Source: Cetorhinus maximus (lineage: Eukaryota). Taken from it: 64,000 nucleotides of DNA. This document shows, one piece after another, positions 1 to 12,934 of this stretch. The notes below the pieces were generated by a model that saw only the letters and a program-made list of their open reading frames with translations, had not been told where the DNA came from and ran no database searches. Positions within the stretch are counted from its first letter, which is position 1. Each line of letters opens with the position of its first letter. The stretch lies in assembly GCF_964194155.1 (NCBI RefSeq), contig NC_135884.1:143592001-143656000 (forward strand), written 5' to 3'. Made by a program: the position numbers and the translations under genes.

Positions 1-1168
1 AGAGCTGAACTCCTGAGGTGAGGTGAGAGTGACTGCCCTTGACATCAAGGCTGCATTTGACCGAGTGTGGCATCAAGGAGCCCTGGCAAAACTGGAGTCA
101 ACGGGAATCAGAGGGAAAACTGTCTGCTGATTGGAGTCATACCTAGCACAAAGGAAGATGGTTGTGGAGGCCAGCCATCTCAGCTCCAGGATATCACCGC
201 GGAGTTCCTCAGGGTAGTGTCCTTCGTCCAACCGTCTTCAGCTGCTTTACCAATGACCTTCCTTCCAGCATAAGGTCAGAAGTGGGGATGTTCACTGACC
301 ATTGCACAATGTTCAGCACCATTCACGACTCCTCAGATACTGAAGCAGCCCATGTCCAAATGCAGCAAGACCTGGATAATATCCAGGCTTGGGCTTACAA
401 GTGGCAAGTAACATTCGGGCCAAACAAGTTCCTGGCAATGATCATCTCCAACAAGCGAGAATCCAACCATCGCCCCTTGATGTTCAATGGCATTACCATC
501 ACTGAATTCCCCCACTATCAACATCCTGTGGGCTACCATCGGCCAGAAACAGAACTGGGCTAGCCATATAAATACTATGGATACAAGAGCAGGTCAGAGG
601 CTAGGAATCGTGTGGTGAGTTACCCACCTCCTGACTCCCCAAAGCCTGTCCACAATCTACAAGGCACAAGTCAGGAGTGTGATGGAATACTCCCCACTTA
701 TCTGGATGAGTGCACTCCCACAACACTCAAGAAGCTTGACACTATCCAGGACAAAGCAGCCCACTTGATTGGCACCACATCCCACAAACATTCACTCCCT
801 CCACCACCAACGCACAGTAGCAGCAGTGCGTTGCAGGGATTCACCAAGACTCCTGAGACAGCACCTTCCAAACCCACGACCACTACCACCTAGAAGGACA
901 TGGGCAGCAGATAGATGGGAACACCACCACCTGGAAGTTCCCCTCCAAGTCACTCACCATCCTGACTTGGAAATATATCGCCGTTCCTTCACTGTCGCTG
1001 GGTCAAAATCCTGGAACTCCCTTCCTAACAGCACAGTGGGTGTACCTACAGCACATGGACTACAGTGGTTCAAGCTTACTACCACCTTCTCAAGGGCAAT
1101 GAGGGGTGGGCAATAAAATGCTGGCCGAGTTAGTGAAGCCCACATCCCGTGAATGAATTATAACAAAA
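1..1168 (+). mobile_element. CR1-clade LINE, 3' part (RT domain to 3' tail), frameshifted
   Basis: Frames give ALDIKAAFDRVWHQG, GVPQGSVL and F(A/T)D(D/H)CT RT motifs; ends GCCCACATCCCGTGAATGAAT plus an A-rich tail. The same 3' end recurs at 4068-4545, 7870-8180 and 9303-9770. Confidence 0.85.
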
Positions 1169-1365
1169 TAAGGCTACTTAATAAGATAAGAGCCATGGTG
1201 TTGGGGGAATATATTAGCATGGATAGAGGACTGGCTGACTAATAGAAGACAAATAGTTGGGATACGGAGGGGGAGCATTTTCAGGATTGCAACCTGTAAC
1301 TAATGGAGTGCCACAGGGCTCGGTGCTGGGCCACAATTATTTACAATATATATATTAATGACTTG

Positions 1366-1870
1366 GGGGAGAATTTTCTCCCCGTCGGTCAGGTTGGTCG
1401 GGAGTGGGCGCGGAGCCGATCCCGCCTGCAAATGGCGGCGCGCCGCCATTTTATGTGGGCGGGCCTTGATTGACAGTGTCACATGAGCCAGGACATGTTT
1501 ATGAATTTTCATAAACACTTTTATTTAATTAATGAAACCTTCATGAAACCTCAGCCCGCCCATGGATGAGATTCCATGAAAAATGTGAAGGCCACCCGGG
1601 CTTTTTGCCTGCCCGTCAACCTTAAGGTTGGCCGGGCAGCTTTCTCAATAGGGTTAAGTTGTTTATTAATGACCTTAACAAGCTTTTGACAGTTCAGCAG
1701 GTGTGCAGCCGACTCTGGTACGCGCCTGCTGAACAGAAGATGAGAAAGACGCGCAGTGACCTCGGGACCCCTAAATCCCTCTGAGCCACAGCTTTCCTCA
1801 GTCACCATGTGTTATTTTACGCTTCGGCATGCAGGGTCTGCCCACGCACACCGAACAGAAGATTCTGGCC
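1366..1870. mobile_element. Non-autonomous DNA transposon (PIF/Harbinger-like MITE)
   Basis: Imperfect TIRs GGGGAGAATTTT...AAGATTCTGGCC; 3-bp TSD TTG (1363-1365 / 1871-1873); removing it restores the host CR1 sequence. Internal sequence shared with the copies at 40171, 42735 and 51137. Confidence 0.85.
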
Positions 1871-1889
1871 TTGGATGAGGGAAATGAAT

Positions 1890-2250
1890 CCTTTTAGCCT
1901 ATTTCGATCCCTTCCCCCCACCCCACCCCCACTAGGGCTATCTGTACCTTGCTCGTCCTGCTTTCTACCCTTAATGTCACCTATTAGCACATTTCTTGGA
2001 TAATATCACCACTGTCAACACCTCCTTGTCCTTTTGTCCATGACATCTTTTGGCAATCTCCCCCTATCACTGGCCCTCTATCCAGCTCTACTTGTCCCAC
2101 CCCCCCTTAAACCAGCTTATATTTCACCACTCTTCTATTTTTCCTTAGTTCTGTTGAAGAGTCATACAGACTCGAAGTGTTAACTGTGTTCCTCTCCGCA
2201 GTTGCTGTCAGACCTGCTGAGCTTTTCCAGGTATTTTTATTCTTGTTTTT
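1890..2250 (+). mobile_element. Penelope-like element 3' repeat (pLTR) fragment with a degenerate hammerhead
   Basis: Matches the 3' region of 48126-48997; 9-bp TSD GAAATGAAT (1881-1889 / 2251-2259); hammerhead-like motif at 2147-2185. Confidence 0.85.
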
Positions 2251-3164
2251 GAAATGAATGTACTATCGCCAAGTTTGCGGATGATACAAAAATAGGTGGG
2301 AAGGCAAGTGGTGAGGGTGACACAAAGAGTCTGCAGAGAGATATAGACGGGTTAATTGAGTGGGTAAAAATGTGGCAGATGGAATATTATGTGGGTAAGT
2401 GTGAGTTTATGCACTTTGGCAGGAAGAATAGAGGAGCTGAATATTACTTAAATGGAGAAAGACTGAGGAAAGCTGTAGCACAGAGGGATTTAGGGGTCCT
2501 TGTGCATGAATCCCGAAAAGCTAACATACAAGCTCAGCATGTAGTAGGTAAGGTAAACGGAATGTTGGCCTTTATTTCAAAGGGATTGGAGTATAAAAAT
2601 AGGGAAATCTTGCTAAAACTATACAAGGCACCATTAGACCACACCTAGAATACTGTGAACAGTTTTGGTCTCCTTACCTAAGGAATGATATACTGGCATT
2701 GGAAGCAGTCCAGAGAAGCTTCCTAGGTCAATCCTGGGGATGGAGGGATTTTGTTATGAGGAGAGGTTGAGTAGGTTGGGCTGTACTCATTGGAGTTTAG
2801 AAGAGTGATAGGTGACCTTATTGAAACGTATAAGATTCTTAGGGAGCTTGACAGGGTAGATGCTGAGAGGTTGTTCCCCCTTGTGAGAGAGTCTAGAACC
2901 ATAGGGCATAATCTCCGAATAAGGGGTCGACCATTTAAAATCTGTGGAATCCTTTACCTCAGAGGGCTGAAGAGGCTGGGCTGTTCAGTATATTCAAGGC
3001 GGAGATAGACAGATTTTTAATCAGTAAGGGAATCAAGGGTTATGGGGAAAAGGTAGGAAAGTGGAGTTGAGGATTATCAGATCAGCCATGATCTCATTGA
3101 ATGGTGGAGCAGAGTCGATGGGCTGAATGGCCTACTTCTGCTCTTACGTCTTATGGTAATTTCC

Positions 3165-4062
3165 ACATCATGATTTCTCTTCATTCTTGAAGATAGGTAC
3201 AATTGTCGCACTCCTGAGGGGTGGGTCGTGGGGTGGAGGTGGAGTTTTTCCCTCTAAGTCTGTAGGATGAATGCATAGACTCTTGATTTGAACAAAAGCC
3301 CACCAGCTTTGAAGCCCTCAGCTAGAATGCCATCAGGTCTGCAGGTTTTGTTGTTTTTTTCATCCGTTTGATTGCTTGTTGGAAATCTCCCATCGGTGGT
3401 GGTTCACCCATGGATTCTACCACAGGCTACTGGGGGATACCCTGGAGAGTATCAGCTGTCACTGTGGATTCATGGTTGAGGAGTTGTTGGAAATATTCTT
3501 TTCAGCGTTGATGGATGGTATTGTCATCCTTAAAACATCCTGTGAGTGAAGAGGATTTTGTCCATGTTATCTTGGTCTATAAATGTCCCTGGTGGCTTCA
3601 AAACAGTGAGATCTGGACTGTGAAACACATAACAGCTCTTGAAAAGTTCTACCAACATTGTCTCTGCTGCATCCCCTCTATGCAATGGGAGGTCCATCGA
3701 ACAAATGCTGGTGTTCTTGAAGCCTCCTGCAAAACCAATTGTGATTGACTGGACACTGTGTCTGGATGGCTGAAAAGTGTCTCCCCTGATTCTGTTTTCT
3801 CAACTCAAATGGCCAGTGTCCCACGGGAGGACAAATAAAACATTTCAAAGACACTCTGAAGCTCTCCTTGAAGTGTGGCAGCATTGACGTTAATGACTGG
3901 GAGGAGCTTGTTACCAATTGTTCATAATGGTGACAGCTTGTCCATCAATCTATGTTGTGTTTTGACTCCAAATGCCTTTGATGAGGCAGTGCAGCAGCAG
4001 AGAAGGAAAGAAAAGGAAGCAAATCCTGCACTCAGGAATCCACTACCTCAAGGCACTTCCTG
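3165..4062. mobile_element. Decayed RTE-clade LINE with an inverted 5' segment
   Basis: Minus strand 3165-3560 gives KR*KEYFQQLLN, AIKRMK.NNK..PDGILAEGFKAGG and ATIVPIFK; plus strand 3561-4062 gives the RTE C-terminus (SEIWT..HITALEKFYQHCL, FKDTLKLSLK). Confidence 0.7.
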
Positions 4063-4067
4063 CCCCC

Positions 4068-4545
4068 TTTTTTATTCTTTCACAGGATGTGGATGTTGCT
4101 GGCTAGGCCAGCATTTATTGCCCATCTATAATTGCCCTTGAAAAGGTGGTGGTGAGCTGCCGCCTTCAATTGCTGCAGTCCATGTGGTATAGGTACACCA
4201 CAGTGCTGTTAAGGAGGGTGTTCCAGGATTTTGATCCAGTGATAACGAAGGAACAGCAATATAGTTCCAAGTCAGGATGGTGTATGGATTGGAGGGGAAC
4301 TGTCAGGTGGTGGTGTTCCCATGCATCTGCTGCCTTTGACCTTCTAAGTAGTTGCGGGCTTGGAGGTGCTGTCGAAGGAGCCATGGTGAGTTCCTGCAGT
4401 GCATCTTGTAGATGGTACACATTGCTGCCACTGTGCATCAGTGGTGGATGGAGTGCCAATCAAGCGGGCTGCTTTGTCCTGGATGGTGTTGAGCTTCTTG
4501 AGTGTTGTTGGAGCTGCACTCATTCGGGCAAGTGGAGAATATGCC
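4068..4545 (-). mobile_element. 5'-truncated CR1-clade LINE, same family as 1-1168
   Basis: TTLKKLNTIQDKAARLIG and SFVITGSKSWNTL match 700-1050; same 3' tail. Confidence 0.85.
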
Positions 4546-4654
4546 ATTCATGTGCCCAAAGATCTATGGGTTGAGAAATGGCCTGTTCAGTTACATGAAG
4601 ACCCACGATAAAATTTTCTGAACCTCAGTATCCTCGAACCGAGGACAGCTAATG

Positions 4655-4752
4655 ACAACGACACTTCAGAAGTACTTAATTGACTGTAAAGCACTTTGGG
4701 ACATTCTGTGGTCATGAAAGGCACTATAGAAATGCAAGTCTTCTTTCTTTTT
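4655..4752 (+). mobile_element. DeuSINE (SacSINE1-like) 3' tail fragment
   Basis: CACTTCAGAAGTACTTAATTGACTGTAAAGCACTTTGGGAC...AGGCACTATAGAAATGCAAGTCTTCTTT, homologous to the tail of 49155-49520. Confidence 0.7.
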
Positions 4753-4759
4753 ACTTTCA

Positions 4760-5995
4760 CAAATTTTAGTTTCTCCTTTACCTGTGGTGCCTAAAGCACA
4801 ATTCCTGACTGTTACTCTAATCTCCATTTGTAATGAAATTATTCATATTACTTTTTCTACCTGGGCCAACACCCACCATTTACCAGTTGAAATTCCTCAT
4901 GTCCGTCTTAATTATCCTTTCTGCTATAACCCTGGTCCCAGCCTTGTCCAGGTGGAGCCTGTCTGAGCTGTATACTTTCTTCCTGCCGCAGTACTGGTGC
5001 CCTGTGAGCCAAGCCCATCTTTTCCACACCACTTCTTCAGCCACATGTTCACCCCACCTTAATCTTATCCATTTGCCAATTTGTATTTGGGTAATAATCC
5101 AGAGTTTATAACTATTGAGGCCCTGCTCTTTAATTTCATTCCTAGTTCTTGCTACTTTTTTCCTACACTCTCCAGTTTTGTTGGTCCTAACATGGGCCAC
5201 ACTGACTGGATCCTGAAAAGGTGGTGGAGGCAGATTCGGTTGTGACTTTTAAAAGGGAATTGGATAAGCATCTGAAAGGAAGAAAATTGCAGGGGAGTGG
5301 ATCTAGTTAATTTACTCAGGCAGAGAGAAGGCAAGACTCTGGGCTAAATGGCCTCCTTCTGTGCTGTAACAATTCCATGATTCTATGATCTCCCCTCTTC
5401 AATAACCTTTCAAGCTGGTTCGAGATGTCACTCTGTCTTTGTTCCGGGAAGGCAAGGCATCATGTGAGACTCTCGATCCTGCTTATAAAGGATTCTATCA
5501 ATTTGCCAAATTATTGAACTCTCTACAACTACCCTATTATGCTTTACTCTCCTCTTTGGACAGCCTTCTGCTCCAAGGTGCCATGGTCAACATTCTGGCT
5601 GTCCTTCTAACAGTTTTTACCTTTATCCTCATGGTACAAAATACATTATATCTATTGGATAGGATTAATTTTTGCAGATCCTCATTTTCTATCTCACTTG
5701 AATTACTCTTATTCTGTACACTTTTACTCACACCAACCCCGTTCTGAACCTGCACCTCTTGTTGAGGTGTGACAGAGGTCTGAATCAATCTGTCCAGATA
5801 CTCCACTCCCCCCCCACCTCCCACCACCTCTCTTAAGTGTTGGAGTGTCTCCAACTCTCACCCTTGCTCAACAACACTGAGAGATTCAAGGACACCAGAG
5901 AGATTCGCGGAATACTATTGCAGATGTGTTCTCTCAGGACAGTTTTGCTGTCCACAAACACCCACATACTGCAGCGCAGACAACAACTTGCTCTA
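4760..5995 (-). mobile_element. Decayed CR1 ORF1 (esterase) region, with a + strand CR1 3' end at about 5205-5388
   Basis: YSSDRLHLDKAGTRVIAERI (SGNH esterase DxxH-like) and LILSNRYNVF motifs typical of CR1 ORF1; the nested piece ends GGGCTAAATGGCCTCCTTCTGTGCTGT..ATTCTATGA. Confidence 0.65.
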
Positions 5996-6535
5996 CAACA
6001 TCTCAATAGATATAAATAATCTGGACTTTTTAGTTTTTTGTTTTTTTACACGAGCACTAAGGACTAAATTATTGGACAAGTTATTAAATACTGCCTAAAG
6101 TTCACATGAACTACTACAAGTATTGGAGGTAAAAAGCAGCACCACCTTTCTCTTATGCATCAAATTCCAAACTCTGCACTCTGTGTATCAGCGTATGTTG
6201 TTTAATTCTATGTCTTTTTGGGTCACACCCAAGTTACAGTGGTCACTTAGCTTCCTGTTCAAGCAATCACTTAAAAGCTTTGATTTGACAGTTAAATGCA
6301 ACTGATGGGCAACTTTTAATTTGCAATTTCTTTTACAGTTTTTAATGTTCTAAGTTAAAATCAAGAAGCTGAACTAAATTTCATTTTGAGACTACTAATT
6401 CACTGCTTCGCACCAGAGAATTCCACTCTTGCCAAATTCCCAACTTTTGTACTCTTTTTAGAATGCACTCTGTTTGATGCCACTCTCAAATCGAAGAGTG
6501 GTGACACAGCAGGGCTCATCCAGCAAGTCTTAGTT

Positions 6536-6640
6536 TGAAAACAGAAAATGCTGGAAAATCTCAGCAGGTCTGACAGCATCTCTGGAGCGAGAAACAGAGT
6601 TGACGTTTTGAGTCCGTATGACTCTTCTTCAGAGCTTCTG
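6536..6640 (-). mobile_element. 105-bp Penelope-derived mini-insertion (hammerhead plus 3' end)
   Basis: 10-bp TSD AGTCTTAGTT (6526-6535 / 6641-6650); minus strand CTGAAGA-A-GAGTC-ATACG-GACTC-AAAAC-GTC-AACT. Confidence 0.85.
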
Positions 6641-7371
6641 AGTCTTAGTTCAGAAGTAAGAGTTATTGGCTTTTACTAAAAAAAAAGTTGGGAGTGTAGA
6701 AAATTTGGAAAAAAATAAACTAATCATGCACCCTTACATCAACTTTGGCTTTCAGAAGGCCAGTTTTTGCTTATTCCTTTTTGCTTCACATGGATTATGA
6801 TTTTAAGATACAAAGGACTTTAAGGAATGATTTTTTTAAAGATGAAGTAGGACAATATAGCACGTTGGAGCTGTAGTGTGCCAGGCCTTGAGGTGATAAA
6901 GTGCTGATTAGCAACAAATATCCTATTCTCACTGATCACTGATTTCTGTTCCCAACCTTCCAGTTGTCATGTGTGTATATGTTGAGTGCATTGATAAGTG
7001 CGAGATAAAAGTCAAAGGGCTGATCACCTGGGTCTCACTTTATTTCTTCATGTCTGTTTTGAGTGGGTTTAACAGAGATACTAGGAACAGTTGCACAGCA
7101 TGTATAGCCATGGCAAAAAATGCTCACTAATAGAAATTAAGTTGAATTCAATTAACGAGTGAATGGAAGTACCTTTTTAAAAATTCAAGAATTTTGCCCT
7201 TGGGCACAAGGGGAGGGTAAATTGTAACAAATGATTAACATCTTTTTTGCTTCACTTTCCACCCTCCCCCCCCACCCCCAAAAAAATTCTCATCAAGAGA
7301 ACTGACCAGGAGGGTTCAGGAATTTTGACTGGGATGGAGTTGAATCGCCATAGGCAGTCCTAAGTTAATGA

Positions 7372-7465
7372 CAGAAAATGTAGGAATGACTTAGCAGGTC
7401 AGGCAGCATCTGTGGAGAGAGAAACAGGATTAATATTTCAGGTTGATGACCTTTTATCAGAACTG
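7372..7465 (-). mobile_element. Older Penelope pLTR 3' fragment with a degenerate hammerhead
   Basis: Minus strand AGTT-CTGATAA-AAGGTCATCAACCT-GAAATATT..CTCTCCACAGATGCTGCCTGACCTGCT, homologous to the other copies. Confidence 0.7.
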
Positions 7466-7869
7466 TTTAATGACTGTATTTTTACCTTTCAATTCGGATC
7501 ACTCAAGTTGTCAGGCACGATGACTCTTTTTTCAGTCAGTTTTTCTTACTTCCTCAATGCTGTGTTTAGCACTTGCTGCTTACAGCAAAGCATATTTCAC
7601 TTGAATCAAGAGAAAGATTGAAGTGAACAAAATTTTGAATTTTCTTTCAGTTTTCTTCCCCAGAAGCAACACACTGTTAAGTTGTGGATAGGATCCATGA
7701 TACTTGAAGACTAAATTTATCTGCCATTCTGAATACAGAGTCTGAGCTGAGTTGAACCTAGTCCAGAATGTAAAAGGTTGAGATTCTCCTTCAGAGGGTC
7801 TCACCCAATTTTTGTCCCAGTCAAGCCTTGCCCTGATTCAAGATTTATGTCAGCAGTTTCACCATTTTT

Positions 7870-8180
7870 AGTTTACAGGATATGAGAGTCGCTGGCAAGG
7901 CCAGTATTTATTGCCCATTTCTAATTGCCTTTGTGAATATAGTGGCGAGCAACCATCTTAAACCGTTACAGACCTTGTGATGTAGGTACACCCACCGTTA
8001 GGGAGGTAGTTCCAGATTTTGACCCAGAGACGATAAAGGCGCGACTACTTCCAAGTCAGGATGGTGTTTGTCTTGGAGGGGAATTTGCAGGTGGTGGTAT
8101 TCCCATTTGTGCGCTGCCCTGATCCTTCTAGGTGGTGGAGGTCAGGGGCTTGGGAGGTGCTGTTGAAGTCTTAGTAAGTC
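7870..8180 (-). mobile_element. CR1-clade LINE 3' end (family of 1-1168)
   Basis: Reverse complement of 870-1150 (GGGTCAAAATCTGGAACT, CCATCCTGACTTGGAA). Confidence 0.8.
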
Positions 8181-8384
8181 ACAGTGCAGTACAGGACATA
8201 CCCAGGGATGGTGAAGGAGGAATCTAGGACATTGGCTGTAAGATATGATTTGGTGAGAATGACTTTTTCAGGCTGTTACTTAACCAGCCTGTGGGACAGC
8301 TCTCCCAATTTTGAGCTCTCCCCAGATGTTGGGCAGCATGTAGCTTTGTCGTTTCTGTTCGATATCTGGCTTTATTGTTCCATG

Positions 8385-8710
8385 ACATCTGAGTTGGTTT
8401 GATACAACTGAGTGGCTTGCTACGCCATTTTAGAGGGAATTTAAGAGTCAGCCGCCTTGCTGTGGGTCTGGAGCTACATTTTGACCAGATTTCCTTCCCA
8501 TAATGACATTAGTGAACCAGATAGAATTTTTTTTTACAACATTCCAGTAGTTCCGTGATGATCATTACTGGGACTAGCGTTTAATTCTAGGTTTATTAAT
8601 TAACTGAATTTAAATTCCTCCACCCGCCGTGGTGAGATTTAAACTCGTGCCTCTGGAGTATTAGAACAGGCCTCTGGATTACTAGTCCAGTAACATTAGC
8701 ACTGCTACTG
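8385..8710 (-). mobile_element. tRNA-derived SINE (family of 21641-21862)
   Basis: Minus strand TTACTGGACTAGTAATCCAGAGG...GAGTTTAAATCTCACCACGGC head and CTGGTTCACTAATGTC core. Confidence 0.7.
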
Positions 8711-9302
8711 TTCCCAATGTTCCTCATTGGTGCAATGTGTAATTTCTTCACACTGACATTACTGTCGTTATTTTTTAAGACAATCCATGTTCGTATTGTT
8801 TCTTTTTACTTTGCAGAATGTCACAAGATAGCTAAGGATGCAGTAGGCTATTTGACCCGTCTTAATTTATTGATCCAGAAAATCACTTAATTTTCTTCTC
8901 TCCATTGCAGCATCCTTTTCTTAAATTATTCCAGAGTTTTTGCCTTTGTTACCATACTCTACTTATAAGTCCATCTCATGTATTGATTGCTTTGTGTGGA
9001 GAAGAATTTAATGATCTTAGTCTTAAATTTGCCCTTCACTACTTTGAACCTGTGTCCTTTTGTCTTACTGTTATTGTTCAGTATGAAGCAATAGTTTCAA
9101 TTTGCCTTTACTACATAGTTTATATAAGAAAAAGTAGTAAACAATCGGTTGCCATATGCACAGAAAGGGCTACTGCAAGCTTGTGTTTTAGCAAGGCGCT
9201 ATCCTATATATACATACCACTGACTAACTCATACATTCCGGTGCCAGAAGTTTCATATGATCTTTATGTTACCACTCAAAGCCCATCCCCTCATGAGATT
9301 TT

Positions 9303-10150
9303 TTAAAAAATTATTCATGGGATGGGAGCATCACTGGCAAGGCCAGCATTTTTTGCCCATCCCTAACTGTCCTTGCAAAGGTGGTGGTGAGTCATCTTCA
9401 TGAGCCGCTGCAGCCCATGTGGTGTAGATGTACCCACAGTGTATTAGGGAGGGAGTTTCAGGATTTTGACCCAGCGACAGAATGGTGTGTGGCTTGGAGA
9501 GGAATTTGCAGATGGCAGTATTCCCATACATCTGATGCTGTTGTCCATGTAGGTGGTAGAGGCCACAGGTTTGGAGGGTGCTGTTGAATGAGCCTTGGCG
9601 AGTTGCTGCAGCGCATTTTGTAGATGGTGCGCTCTGTTATCACTGTGCGCTCGTGGTGAAGGGAATAAAGTTTTAATGTGATGGATGGGATGTCAATCAA
9701 GCAGGCTGCTTTGTCATGGATTGTGTCGAGCTCCTTGAGTGTTATTGGAGCTGCACTCATCCAGGCAAGTGAAAATCAAAGTGATGCAAGTGTCACCCTA
9801 GCTAGCCATCTAATACTATATCTCTGATTAACTGTGGATCAATCAGGGCCGGATGTAGGCTTGTATGCTCCACCTTAAGAATAAACAAACCAAATTTTGA
9901 AATGCAGTTTGGGTAGTACAGGAAAAGACTTGATCATTGTTGTAATCCTGTCTATCTTGGATTGTACTTTGAGTTACAAGAAACATATCTTCAGCACCAA
10001 AGCTCAAGTTAATTCTAGGAATAGCATGCTGTGAAATATGGCTCACTCGAAGTAGGGCATTGATCCAAGCACTATCAGGACTGCAACTCTGCCACTTTTT
10101 CTGCTGCTGAATGTGCTTACCTGTTACTAGAACCTTACATCCTTGCAAAG
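9303..10150 (-). mobile_element. CR1-clade LINE fragments (3' end 9303-9770, plus a decayed upstream part)
   Basis: SAAPITLKELDTIHDKAACLI; family 3' tail CCCATGAATAA plus A-run. Confidence 0.75.
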
Positions 10151-11899
10151 AAATTGAACTCTGAACTTGAACTTGACAATACTTGCTGCCTATGGATTAC
10201 CGGTTGCCTTAAACCTACAGCTGTAAATGATCTTTAGCTAACCTTGGGTATACCACCTCTGACTCGATGAGCAACCAAAGCCAAAAGAAATAGATAATCT
10301 TATGATCTTCACTATCCATAGCTCTAGCACCATTTTGCTCAATATTAACTGAAGTTGAGATCAACTCCCTATGTTCTGGAAACCCTCTCAATTCCAGTGT
10401 TAAATGGTGGAGAATTATACCTGGAGAACAGAACACATCAAGAGAATAAGCCTCATTGTCTGGATAGTGAACCTGATGAGCATCTCCCAGCTTGAGCCAT
10501 CTGGCAGCGCCTCAATTGGCTATGCAATTGGTACTGATCTTTCCAAGGTAATGATGTGGGAATGGGGTACAATGATAGTAATTCAGTGATGTGCAACTGT
10601 GGTGATGAGTCGCAAATGATGGACCATCTGCTCTGTTCCAAACTCCTGTTTGGGTCCTCTAATAGTACTGATCAAATACAGTGATAATGTCAAGGCATAT
10701 GCAGATTTGCAGCAGGGAAGATGGTGAAGATACAATATAATGACCTCTTGATTGCCTCCTTTCAAGCTGAGAAAACTGAGTTCTTTCGGTCTTTTTTCAT
10801 AACACAATTGTATAAGCTGGCTTTGATGGTTTCCAACTATTGAAGTTGGACATTTTCTATTTCAAAATATTTGGAGCCAAGATATCATTTGCTAAATAAA
10901 TAAATCTCCTGTATTAAACATTTTAGCCTTTTGTAGGAAAACAACAAATCTTGTGTAAAATGCCTTTGATTACAAGGTCGTTTGGTAAAATAACCTTTTT
11001 AAAAAACTGTTCTGTACATTACTGTTCAAAATTCATTTTGGTTGGCTCTTATGAGTTAGTTTCCTTTCCAAGAATAACTGGAGTTTCTGTTTTAAAAGAC
11101 GAGGTCTAATGCAGGATGTGGCTGAACAGGAATACAAAGGAATCCAGAATAGAATCAATTACTGGGCACAAACTTAAAAGCAGAGTGGAGTTAAAGTGAC
11201 TGTTGAAATGTTGAACTGAAACTTGTGGATACCCAAGCTTTTTCAATGATTTTATAGATATTAGATGCTTGATTTACCTGCCAGAACTTTCAAGGGAATC
11301 AGGAATAATTGTGATCCCAGTACATATTGATTTAACTAAAGCTCAAGTTCTGCTTCTCATTCCCAAAATTAATCACTATTTTAGTTTGAACAGCTTAGCT
11401 GCTTCATAGTACCAATGTGTGCTTTTTTATGATAACTTTTGTTTAAAATAAAGAAACAATAGGAGTTTATATTCAGGTTTATTCTGTTCTTAGAGCCAAT
11501 TTTAATCCAGAAATGTATGTTTATTTGTGCCAATGAAAGTGCCAAGTATCCACTGGTCTCTTAAGGCTCAAAACTGAACTTGCAAAACAAGTGGAAACAT
11601 TGGATGTGGTGAAATTTAAAATGATTCAGTTAGTAAATGGATTGGTGGTTTTGCACCATTATTTTCTGATGGTAATGGGTGAGGGAGGGGTTGGAAAGTT
11701 TCTCATGCAGAGATTATAAAATCTCATAGATAATCTTATTTAGCATCATTTGCTATTAAATGGCTCTAGTTCAGATTTTTTTTTCAACTTGCATTATGAG
11801 GTAGTAAAACTTGAGGATTCAGTTGTCTGGATTTCATCTTGATTTTGTCATTAAAGCCGATTATAGCCACAAATTACTTTCAGCATATTGAACTTTTTA

Positions 11900-12934
11900 A
11901 GGAAGACGTGTGTGTTCTTAAAGAAATACAAGCAAGGATACCGAGCAAATGATGGCTGAAAACGTAAAGTGACCACTTTCTGGAAAAATTCCCATGTGCA
12001 TTATACTGACAGACCTGTCCTGAGAGAACATGAAATGTCGCACCTGAAAAGGTGTCATGGCCTCCTTCAAGCAGAGACACTTGAAAGGGAGATAGGAAAG
12101 GTGTAAAAGACTGTGTGTTAATCTTCTGTGGTTGCAGAGACATAAGACTGATCACCACGTCTCAGCAGTCATCTAAAATCCATCTCCTGTTAATTCATAT
12201 CTCAGAATGCGTAAAATGGTCAGAGATCAAAGAAAATAGACTCTCGGCTCTTACAGGAATACACAGGCAAAAATGGGTTAAAAAGTTAGCTGCAGAGCAG
12301 TACTAGTGTGCTGGTGTGCTGTGTGTGTGTATGGCAGCAAGAAGAAGACTGACTGGTCACCCCTGCAGTTGCAGGTGAAGTCTGTCTGTCTCTCTCTCTG
12401 TTGCTGGAGGTACGGGCACTTAAAGCAGAAGCCACAATCAAAAAGGAAATAGGACAGCTTCTTCAGCTAACCTGCAGAACCCAGTGTCTCCAAACCCACT
12501 GCGAAACTGCCAAAGTCAGCTCTACCAGAATCATCCAACTTAATGGCCACAGCGTTTCGCCATCTACGCCTCACGGACAAGTCAAAGACTGATTCGGATT
12601 TACTTTTATTTGGACTCTTAACTTTTTATTTCTGATCTGTGCGTATGCATGTTGCATTTTTGTTATTTTTCTCATGTTTTTAGTAACTAATAAACTTACT
12701 CTTTCACTTGAGAAAGCATGGCTAAATTGGCTCCTTCTAAAAAAAATACATTTGCACTGGGAAAAATATCCATGGGGGGGAGGGATCCCTTTTGAATTAA
12801 CCTTGTTGCGACCAACCGAGGGGGTTGAATAAAGAAGGGGAGATGGCTCATTTCCTCCTCACCTGGGAGCATAACAGAATTCCCGTTCAGGAAGTTAACA
12901 AATTGGGGGACCTCACCCGGGGACCAGTCGCAAC
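11900..12934 (+). mobile_element. Possible solo LTR
   Basis: U3/R/U5-like composition, TAATAAAC signal near 12690, and TGTTGCGAC...GTCGCAACA inverted 9-mers near the 3' end (12804 / 12934). 5' boundary not resolved. Confidence 0.4.

Larger units (their letters stand above)
1169..3157 (+). mobile_element. CR1 LINE 3' part, interrupted by a MITE and a Penelope fragment
   Basis: GVPQGSVLG, KFADDTKIGG, WQMEY.VGKC and RRVIGDLIETYKI motifs; CR1 3' end GGGCTGAATGGCCTACTTCTGCTC. Same family as 62783-64000. Confidence 0.9.

Noticed and set aside
8905-9306. 133-aa hydrophobic ORF and similar short ORFs across the window
   Set aside because: These are chance or antisense frames of decayed repeats and AT-rich intron, with no recognisable domains.
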